In this document: positions 1-8,500 of the stretch, in pieces
Numbering within the stretch: the first letter of the stretch is position 1
How the letters are laid out: every line of letters starts with the position of its first letter
Translations under genes and position numbers: made by a program
The notes under the pieces: model-generated
The model's input: the letters and a program-made list of their open reading frames with translations, nothing else
Told to the model about the DNA's origin: nothing
Databases searched by the model: none
DNA from: Rubrivivax sp.
Lineage (GTDB): Bacteria; Pseudomonadota; Gammaproteobacteria; Burkholderiales; Burkholderiaceae_C
Assembly (NCBI GenBank): GCA_018780805.1
Contig: JADMJD010000079.1
Coordinates: 10,167-74,166 of the forward strand
Reading direction: 5' to 3'
Length of the DNA stretch: 64,000 bases

Positions 1-3000
1 GTGGTGCCGGTGCCCGTGGTCAGCACCTGCAGGCTGGCGGCGCTGATGTCCAGGTCGGTGGTGCCGCTGTCGGAGATGGTCAGCGCCTGCAGGCTGACAC
101 CGCCGGCCGTGGCCAGGCTGCCCAGGCTCAGGCTGCCGGTGGCAACCAGGCGCAGCGTGCCACTGCCGGACGTGAGTGCTGCACCGTCGGCCAGCGCCAG
201 GTTGGCGCCGCTTTGCAGATCGATCGAACCGGCGCCGCTGGTGGTGACGTCACCCGCCGCGGCCAGGCTCAGGTTGCCGGACGCCAGCAGGCTCACCGGC
301 CCGCTGGCGTTGACGGCCGCGCCCAGGCTCAGCTGCCCGGCCAGCACGTCCAGCCGCAGGCTGCCCACGGTGCTGGCACTGGCCACGGCAAGGTCGCCGC
401 TGCTGAGTGTGAGCACCGCCGCCCCCCCGGCCTGCAGGCCTTGTTGCGCGGCCAGGGCCACGGCGGCACTGCTGCCATCGGCAGCCAGGCGCTCAGCGGC
501 CACGGCCACCGCGCCCAGGCTGAGCCCGGCGTCGTCGGCCAGGAAGACCGCACCGGTGCCCGCCACCGCGGTCAGCGTGCCGGTCTGCAGTTCCAGTGCA
601 TTCGCGCCGCTGCCGATGCTGCTGCCGGCCGTCAGGCGCACCGCGGCGGCGACGACGTCCACGGCGCTGTCGCCGTCGGCATCGCTGTCCAGGATGCGGT
701 CGGCCAGCAAAGCGGCGTTGGCCGTGCCGGCGCTGATGCTGACACCGACGCCGGCCAGCGTCAGATCGCCCGCGGCACTGAGCAGCAGGTCGCCATTGTT
801 CGTGGCAAGCGTGGCGCCCAGGCTCAGGTGGCGGCCAGCCTCGGCGACGATGCTGCGGCCAGCGGTGTCGGTGCCGATGGTCGCGCTGGCCAGCACATCG
901 CGGCCCGCGACCAGGCCCAGGTGGCCGCCGGTGCTGCGCACGGCTGCGGCCAGGCTCAGGTCGGCCGCCGAACCCATGGCGGCCAGGCGCAGCGGCCCGG
1001 CGGCGAGTGCCGCACCGCCCGCGGCCAGGCCCAGGCTGCCGGTGTTCGTGAGGATCAAGGCGCCGGCACTGACGAGGTCCGACAACGGGGTGTCACCCGC
1101 CACCTCGGACACGCTGCCGTCGGCCGCGACACGGGCGATGGTGGTGGCCGCCAGGGTGTCGATCAACAGGCTGCCGGTGTTGGCCAAGTAGAGCCCGTCG
1201 GCCCCGGCGCTGGCCACGAGCTGGCCCACGGCCAGGTCCAGCGCGTCGCTGCTGCTGCCCAGGCCGCCACTGCTGGCCACCAGGCGCAGGCGGGCGGCGG
1301 TCACGTCGACGGCATCGTCACCATCGGTCACGGCCGTCGCCGACAGGCTGACCGTGCCGGTGCCGGCATCCAGCGCCGACAGGCTCAGCACGCCGGCGCT
1401 GGCCATGCGGGCATCACCACCGCCGGTGCTGGCGCTGCTGCCGGCCGCCATCGTCAGCGCGGCGCCGGCTTGCACATCCAGGTCCGCACCGCCGGTGAGC
1501 AGGCTGCCGCCGGCCGCCAAGCTGAGCGTGCCTGCGGACTGCAGCGACAGCACACCACCACCGCTGTCCACGGCCGCGGCGATGTGCACGGCGCCGGCCT
1601 GGGCGACCAGCCGCAGGGCACCACCGTCGCTGTCGACGGCCGCGTCCACGCCCAGGTCGCCGGCCAGGCTGGTCAACACCAGCGGCGCGGCGCCCAGCGC
1701 GCTCAGGCCGCTGCCGCTGACGGCCAGGGCCGACAGGCTGCCGTCGGCCGCGACGCGGTTGACGTTGAAGGCCACGCTGCCCACATTCAGGCCGTCGCTT
1801 TCGACCAGGTGAACGCCCCCCGCCGAGCTGCGGGCGGCCAAGGTGCTGACCGCGATCTCCAGCGCATTGGCCGCGCTGCCCAGACCGGCACCGGCCTGCA
1901 GCCAGACCTGGGCGGCGCTGAGGTTGATGTTGCTGTCACCCGTTGCATCGGCGTCCAGCAGCGCAGCCCCGGCGACCAGGGCGATGTCACCCCCCGTCGC
2001 CACGAGGTTGGCCACCGTCAGCGCGCCGCCGGCCTGCAGGTGCTGGCTGGCGGCGGTGCTGCCGACACCGGCGGCCATCACCAGATCGGCCGCAGCGAGC
2101 AGATCGACGCTGCTGCCGGCCACGGGCGCCGACAGCGTCAGCTGGGCCGCCGATTGCACACTGAGCGCAGCACCAGCCGTGAGGCCTGAGCCGACCTCCA
2201 GCGCACCGGCCGTCGTGGCCAGCAGCGCGGCGCCCGTGGCCGCCACCGTGGCGCCCGCACCGATCTGCAGCGCGCCCCCGCTGCGCAGCACCAGGGCCGC
2301 GCCGCTGTTCAGGCCGGCCAATGCGCTGTTGATGCGCGGGTCGGTGTCCAGCGTGCCATCGGACAACACACGCACACCGGTGGTCTGCGCCAGCGCCACC
2401 ACCTGCAGCGCATCGGCTTCGGCCAGGTACAGGCCGCCGCCCACGGCGCCCGCAGCCAGCTGCGCCACCTGCAGTTGCAACGGCACGCTCGCCGTGCCGG
2501 CGGCACCGGCCGTGGCGGCCAGGCGCAGGGCGTCCGCGGTGAACAGCGCTCCCGCGCTGCCTTGCCAGGACGCGGCCGAGAGGTTGATGTCGCCGCTGCC
2601 GGCGTTCAGGTCGTCCACCGTCGCCGCGCCGATGGCGAGCAGGCGCATGTCACCACCGGCCGTGCTGGTGGCCTGGCTGAAGGCCAGCGCTGCGCCCGCC
2701 TGCGCATCGAGCGACCCACCACCACCGACGGCGATGGCCGCCGAGGCCGTGAGGTCGCCGGTGCTGATCAGGCTCAGGCTGCCGTCCAGCGTGGCCAGCG
2801 CGGCGTCGATGTTCAGCGTGCCGGCGGCCGTGAGGCGCGCGTGGCCCACCGCGGTGGTGGCGACGGCACGGTTCAGGTCCAGCGTGCCGCTGGCGTCCAG
2901 CACCAGGGGGCCGGCGGCAGACAGGCCGGCCAGCGCGGCGTCGGCGGCCAGGGCACTGGCCGTGCCGTCCGCGGCCACGCGCTGTACCGCGGCGCCAGCC

Positions 3001-5522
3001 ACGCTGTCCACCGCCGTGAGGCCGGCCGACAGGAACACCGCGCCGCCCGCCTGCACCGCCACCGAGGCGGCATTGAAAACCAGCGCCTGCGCGCCACTGG
3101 CCACCGCGCCGCCGGCCGCGATGCGCAGCGCACCGGCCACGACATCGGTGCCCGGCGCAGCCGCCAGCGTCACGGCGCCACCCGCCTGCAGGCTGACGGT
3201 GCCGGCGCCCGCATCGGCGCGGCCAAGCTGCAGGGCTGCGCCGGCCTCGGCACGTTGGGCGCCACCTTGGGTGAGCAGGCGCACATCGGCGCCCATGCCG
3301 AGGTTGCTGCCGGCACGCAGGTCCAGCGTCTGGCCGCTGGCCGCCGCGCGCACGTCAAAGGCCGCGCCCTGCAGCAGCAAGGCCTGCGAAGCCAGCAGGC
3401 TGATGCTGCCACCCAGCGTCAGCACCTCGGCACCCAGGCTCAGGTCACCCGCCAGCGCCTGCAGCAGGATGTGGCCGCTGCCGCTGGCTTGTGCGCGCAC
3501 CGCGCCACCGACCGACAGCGTGCCGCTGCTGGCCAACACGGCGATGGCGCCATCGCCGGAACCTGCGGTGCCCAGCCCGGTGACCACGAGTGCCGTTTCG
3601 TCGACGAAGAAGATGCCGCCGCCGGCCGTGGTGCTGGCCTGCAGCGAGCCGACGGTGCCGCGCAGCGCGGCGCCTGCGGCACCCACGCCGCTGGCGGCTT
3701 CCAGGGTGACCACGGCCGCTTCACCCCGCAGGTTGGCCGTGTCGCCGGCCAGGCCGTCGAGGATGCGGCCACCGGTGGAGCGCAGTGTGATGGCGTTCGC
3801 GGCTTCGATGATGCCGATGCTCAGGTCGCCCGCGGCCTCGATCTCGACGATGCCGCTGGGCCCGGCCACGATGGTGATGCCGCTGAAATCCAGCATGCCG
3901 CCAGAGACAAAGGCCACGGTGCCGCCGTTGGACGTGACCGCCGCGCCGATGGCCAGGTTGCCGGTGCCAGCGGCGAGCGTGATGTTTGCTGCGCCGGTGG
4001 CGGTGATAGCCGCCGCTGCGGCGGTGGTCAAGGCGTCGGCGGCCGAGAGCAGCACCGTGCCGTCAACGACGTTGATCGGCGCGTTCAACACCAGATCAGA
4101 ACCGGTGCCCAACGCCTGCAGCGTGAGTGCGCCGCTGCCGGCGATGGCGATGCCGGCACCGGCGGCCAGCGTGATGCTGCCGTTGTCGGCCAGCAGCGAT
4201 ATGTCGTTGGCCCCGCTGCCGGCCGCTTGCGAAAGGCTGACCACGGTGACGGCGCCGGTGATCTGCGTGTTGTCGAAACGCGTGGTGTTGCGCGCGGTGT
4301 TGATCTCGATGGCGATGTCGCCGGCACCGCTGTTGCTGGCCTGCAAGCTGTTGGTCTCGACCGAGTCCAGCGTGATGCCGGTGGCGGCCGACACCACCAG
4401 CAGCGGCGTGCGCAAGGCTTCATCAACGCGGTTGTCAGCACCTGCATCGGCCTGCACCACGCTGCCGCCGCTGCTGACCAGGCTGACGCTGTCGGCCTCG
4501 ATCTCGTTGGCCAGGTTGATGTTGCCGCTGGCCTCCAGCGCCAGGCTGTCGCCGGGCCCCAGCCGCAGCATCGCGTTGGGGTCGCTGTAGTCGCTGACGG
4601 TGATCGTGCCGCCACGCAGCACGGCAGGGTCGCGCAAGCTCACGCCGTCCAGGGCCGTTTCGGCGCCCACCGTCATCGCGCCCTGCCCGGTCTGGCCGAT
4701 GGCGATGCTGGAGAAGCCGTCGGCGAAGGCCCGCATCTCCGCGGTTTCCAGGTTCAGCACGCCCGCGGTGGCCGCACCCACGGGCGACAGCAGCGCCGTG
4801 GCCAGGCCGGGCGTGGCAGCGCGCAGGGTCAGCAGGCCGGTGCCGCTGAACAACTCGTCGCCCATCTGCAGGTCGATCTCGTCGGCCTCGATAGTGACGT
4901 TGCCTGGTGTCGTCGCCAAGCCGAGCTGCAGTTCGACCGCCGCTTTGAACACCACCTGCGTGGCGCCAGTGATGTTGAGGCTGCCGCCGTTGCGCAGCGT
5001 GATCTGGTCGTTGAAGGTGATGATGCCGCCGGCGTCGATGGTCAGGTTGCCGTCGACTATGAGTTCGCCCCCAAAGGTGACATCTTCACCGGCCACGACC
5101 GTTAGACCGTTCAACGCGTCTCTACCGTCCCCCTCTTCAACTGCACCAAAGAATGTGACATTGCCCCCTGCCACGACCAGTAACGTGTCGGTACCCGAGG
5201 AATGACTCACGACATAGTCAGTCGCATCGTCCCCTATCCGAACGTTGCCTACAGTTGCCTCGATACGCCGATCCCCGTCTACCTCAATCGATGTCTGTAT
5301 CGAGCTGATGTTGCCCGTTGCCACAATCAGGTCTGTGCTCAAGACGAAGGGCAGCCCGCTCAACGGCACGATGACGTCCTCATCCGCCTGCGGCGCCAGC
5401 GCCATCAGGCCTGCAGTCAGCGGGTCGGCCGACAGCAGCAACCGGGCCTCCAGGGCCTCCACGCGCCAGGCTTCGCGCAGTGCGCGTTGGAGCTTCGAAG
5501 CCGGCGTGCGGTCACAGTACAA
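1..5522 (-). CDS. Second giant LEPR-XLL-leader surface/adhesin-like protein, beta-helix-like repeats; 3' end runs off the window (>1,840 aa); not in the supplied ORF track
   Basis: Translated by hand: TTG at 5522-5520, GGAGG 6 nt upstream (5533-5529). Reads MYCDRTPASKLQRALREAWRVEALEARLLLSADP... The frame was read fully over 5522-4981 and spot-checked at 3001, 1201 and 1-40 (...DISAASLQVLTTGTGT) with no stop. The track lists no minus ORF in this frame, consistent with no stop inside the window. Codons are strongly G/C-ending outside 5050-5340. Confidence 0.9.
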   Translation of the reverse strand, partial: MYCDRTPASKLQRALREAWRVEALEARLLLSADPLTAGLMALAPQADEDVIVPLSGLPFVLSTDLIVATGNISSIQTSIEVDGDRRIEATVGNVRIGDDATDYVVSHSSGTDTLLVVAGGNVTFFGAVEEGDGRDALNGLTVVAGEDVTFGGELIVDGNLTIDAGGIITFNDQITLRNGGSLNITGATQVVFKAAVELQLGLATTPGNVTIEADEIDLQMGDELFSGTGLLTLRAATPGLATALLSPVGAATAGVLNLETAEMRAFADGFSSIAIGQTGQGAMTVGAETALDGVSLRDPAVLRGGTITVSDYSDPNAMLRLGPGDSLALEASGNINLANEIEADSVSLVSSGGSVVQADAGADNRVDEALRTPLLVVSAATGITLDSVETNSLQASNSGAGDIAIEINTARNTTRFDNTQITGAVTVVSLSQAAGSGANDISLLADNGSITLAAGAGIAIAGSGALTLQALGTGSDLVLNAPINVVDGTVLLSAADALTTAAAAAITATGAANITLAAGTGNLAIGAAVTSNGGTVAFVSGGMLDFSGITIVAGPSGIVEIEAAGDLSIGIIEAANAITLRSTGGRILDGLAGDTANLRGEAAVVTLEAASGVGAAGAALRGTVGSLQASTTAGGGIFFVDETALVVTGLGTAGSGDGAIAVLASSGTLSVGGAVRAQASGSGHILLQALAGDLSLGAEVLTLGGSISLLASQALLLQGAAFDVRAAASGQTLDLRAGSNLGMGADVRLLTQGGAQRAEAGAALQLGRADAGAGTVSLQAGGAVTLAAAPGTDVVAGALRIAAGGAVASGAQALVFNAASVAVQAGGAVFLSAGLTAVDSVAGAAVQRVAADGTASALAADAALAGLSAAGPLVLDASGTLDLNRAVATTAVGHARLTAAGTLNIDAALATLDGSLSLISTGDLTASAAIAVGGGGSLDAQAGAALAFSQATSTAGGDMRLLAIGAATVDDLNAGSGDINLSAASWQGSAGALFTADALRLAATAGAAGTASVPLQLQVAQLAAGAVGGGLYLAEADALQVVALAQTTGVRVLSDGTLDTDPRINSALAGLNSGAALVLRSGGALQIGAGATVAATGAALLATTAGALEVGSGLTAGAALSVQSAAQLTLSAPVAGSSVDLLAAADLVMAAGVGSTAASQHLQAGGALTVANLVATGGDIALVAGAALLDADATGDSNINLSAAQVWLQAGAGLGSAANALEIAVSTLAARSSAGGVHLVESDGLNVGSVAFNVNRVAADGSLSALAVSGSGLSALGAAPLVLTSLAGDLGVDAAVDSDGGALRLVAQAGAVHIAAAVDSGGGVLSLQSAGTLSLAAGGSLLTGGADLDVQAGAALTMAAGSSASTGGGDARMASAGVLSLSALDAGTGTVSLSATAVTDGDDAVDVTAARLRLVASSGGLGSSSDALDLAVGQLVASAGADGLYLANTGSLLIDTLAATTIARVAADGSVSEVAGDTPLSDLVSAGALILTNTGSLGLAAGGAALAAGPLRLAAMGSAADLSLAAAVRSTGGHLGLVAGRDVLASATIGTDTAGRSIVAEAGRHLSLGATLATNNGDLLLSAAGDLTLAGVGVSISAGTANAALLADRILDSDADGDSAVDVVAAAVRLTAGSSIGSGANALELQTGTLTAVAGTGAVFLADDAGLSLGAVAVAAERLAADGSSAAVALAAQQGLQAGGAAVLTLSSGDLAVASASTVGSLRLDVLAGQLSLGAAVNASGPVSLLASGNLSLAAAGDVTTSGAGSIDLQSGANLALADGAALTSGSGTLRLVATGSLSLGSLATAGGVSLQALTISDSGTTDLDISAASLQVLTTGTGT

Positions 5523-8500
5523 GGCTGTCCTCCCAGTAGTCGAAGCGGTCGCTGCCCAGGCTGCCAAGGCCAGTGGCCGCCGGCTGTTGTGATGCGCTGC
5601 CCAGCACCCAGCCCTGGGCCAGGCGGCTGGCCAGGCCGAAGGCCTCGACACTCAACCCGGCGTCGATGGCCATCGCGGGGTCGATGGTGGCGCCGGGCAG
5701 CGGGTCGGCCGTCAGCGTGGCCAGGTAGGCGGCGGCGGCGCTGCCGGCCGGCAGGGCGCGGTCGCCATCCAGCGCCGCCAATGCGCTGCGGGCCCGGGTG
5801 TCGCTGTCGCGCAGCTCGGCCAGCGGGCGCAGAGCGTTCAGCCAGGCGGCGGCCGCAGCGGCATCGCCACTGCTCAGGTCGCCACCGCTGGCGGCGCGGG
5901 TGCTGGGGCCCTGGGCCTCGATCTGCTGGTGCAGCACACCGTCTTTCAGCAGGTTGTAGCGGGTGCGGCCATCGGCGGTGGAATCGCGCAGGATCAGGCC
6001 ACCGTCGGCGTCGATGTCCACGCGGTTGGCCTCGACGTCGATGGCGTCCATCGCCACCGACTGGCCGGCGCCCAGCACCGGGCCCAGGCCGCGCATCACC
6101 AGCCAGGCGGCCCGCACGTTGGTGGCGCTGTCCCGGTCGGCGTCGCTGATGCGCCCGCCGCTCACCAGCACCAGGCCGGCGCTGCCCGTGTCCAGCTCGG
6201 CGATGGCCAGGTCGCCGGCGGCGCACAGCGTGAGTTCGTGGTTGCCGGTGGCCAGCAAGGCGCCCGGGGCCATGCTGATCGCACCGCGGCTGGTGAGCAC
6301 CACGCTGGCGTCCACACTGCCGCGGCCGCTGAGCTCGATGCGGCTGCCGGTGGCGTTGAGCTGATCCAGCACCAGGGAAGACAAGGTGGCGGTGTCAATC
6401 ACCAGCGCGCCACTGCTGGCATCGCCCAGCTGCAGGCTGCCAAAACCTTGCAGCGCGGCCAGCGTGCCAGCGGTCAGCACCAGGCCATCGCCCGCAGCAC
6501 CGACGGTGAGGGTGGCACCCGCCGTCGTGGGCGTCAGCAGCACCTGCGCATCGGCGCTGCCGCGCACGCTGCCGTTGAACTGCAAGGCGTCGGCACTGAG
6601 CACCAGATCGCCGCTGGCCAACACCACATCGCCCAGCACGATGCGGCTGGCACCGGTGATGGTGAGGCTGCCGCCGTTCAGCACGATGGGGCCGGTGAGC
6701 GTGACCACACCACTGGCTTCGATGACGAGATTGCCGTTGAGGGTGACCTGGGCCAGCGTGACGTCGGTGGCGCCGTCGATCAGAAGGCCGTCCAGCGGTG
6801 TGGTGGCGCCGATGGCACCGGTGACCACCACGGGCGCGCCGTCGGCGTGCAGCTCCAGCCGGTCGGGTGCACCGCCCGGGTTGCCGTCGATCGCACCGTC
6901 GATGAGGATGGCGCCGTCCCCCGTGCCTTCGCCGGTGCCGGCCCGCACGACAAAGTCGCCCTGGATGCGCAGGTCGCTGTCGATCTGAACCGGGCCTTCC
7001 TGCGTGATGTCGTCGCCGCGCACGTCCAGCACGGCCCCGTCACCGCCGGCTGACAGCTCGATGTGGCCGCTGCCGTGGGCGGTGATGGCGCGGCCGTCAC
7101 TGGGTGTGCTGCCGTCCAGCAGGTCGATGCTGCCGTCCAGCGTGCGCAGGCCGATGCTGCCGTTGCCGCTGGTGGTGATGAGGTCGCTTTGCAGGAAATC
7201 GAGTGCCGCGCCGGCCACACCGTCGCTGCCGACACGGTGCACGCGCACGGCCACGTCGTGCACGCGGATGGCGTCGGCTTCCTGCAGCCAGATGCCGCCA
7301 GCCCCGGCGCGGGCGCTGACGGTGCCGGCCTGCGTTTCCACGCGTGCTGCGCTGCTGCCGATGCCTTGGCCGGCCTGCATCAGCAGGCCTTCGGCCGCCA
7401 CGCGCTGGCCGCTGCTGCCGATGATCCAGCCGGCGGCCACCAGCATCAGGTCGCCCGGTGTCGTGACACGGCCGATCTGGATGTCGGCCGCGGCTTCGAC
7501 CAGGGCATCGCCCAGCGTCGCCAGCAGGCCATCGCTGCCAAAACGCAGGCTGCCACCGGCCGAGAGCACCACCGTGCCGGCCGCATCGCCCGTGCCAACC
7601 AGGCCGTTCAGCTGCAGGTCACCACCGGCGCTGGCGCTCAGGTGGCCGGCTTGTGTCTGGGCGCTGCCGTTGATCTGCAGTGCACCGGCGCTGGCCAGCA
7701 GCAGGTGGCTGCTGCCACGGGCTGAGGCTGAACCATCGAGCGTCAGGCTGCCACCACTGGTGGCGACCAGCGTGCCGGTCGACAAAACCGTGCCGCCGAT
7801 GCGCAGCGAGGACTCGGCCTGCAGCCGCAGCGCACCTGCTGTGTCCAGCGTACCAGCCAGTTCCAGCGTGCTGGCGTTGATGGCGGCATCGCCGGCCACG
7901 GCCACCTCACCGCCCAGCGTCAGGGCCTGTGTGGCGGTCAGCACCAGGCGCCCACCGACTTGCATGTCACCGCCCAGGGCGATGGTGGAGGCGCTGGCCA
8001 GCAGGTCGGCCCCGGCGGCCAGGTGGCCGGTGGCCAGCAGATCACCCAGCGCGGTGAGGTGGAGGTCACCAGCGGCTTGCAGGTCGCCATTCAGCGTCAG
8101 CGTGCTGCCGGTGATGGCCAGGTCGCCGGCCGCCACGAGCGCAGCGTCGATCAGGATGTCGACGCCACTCAGCGTCAGGCTGCCGCCGGCGTTGACCGCG
8201 GCCGCGACCTGCAGCGCACCATCGGCCGCCAGCGCGATGGCGCCCCCGGCCTGGAGAGGTGCGCCGATGTCCAGCGCCGCGCCGCTGAGGCTCAGATCGG
8301 TGCCTGCCGTCACAGCGCCGGTGATGCTGAGCGTGCCGCCGCTGGCGAGCTGCACCGCCCCGTCGGCGCTGGCGCCAGTGACCGTCAGCGCATCGACGTC
8401 ACTCAGCACCAGGGCGCCGCTGCCAGCTGCAGCCTGCAGGCTGCCGGCTTCGGTGCGCAGGCCATCGCCCCAGGCACCGATGCCTGCACCGGCGCTGAGG

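Noticed and set aside
5043-5342. DGR variable region as the cause of the odd codon patch
   Set aside because: DGRs mutate template adenines, mostly non-synonymously. This patch gains A/T at third positions with the protein still alignable, and no reverse transcriptase or template repeat is in the window.
5509-5533. Programmed +1 frameshift fusing the two giant proteins (prfB-like SD...CTG TGA C)
   Set aside because: Gene 2 is in the +1 frame, but the P-site codon is CTG rather than the slippery CTT-T, so re-pairing on TGT is poor. Gene 2 also has its own SD, TTG and leader.
5202-6149. Plus-strand ORF starting inside the low-GC3 patch (possible overlapping gene)
   Set aside because: The GAGG is only 1 nt from the ATG, the product is R/P/G-rich junk, and it spans two different sense frames. 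Kept only as something dRNA-seq could revisit.
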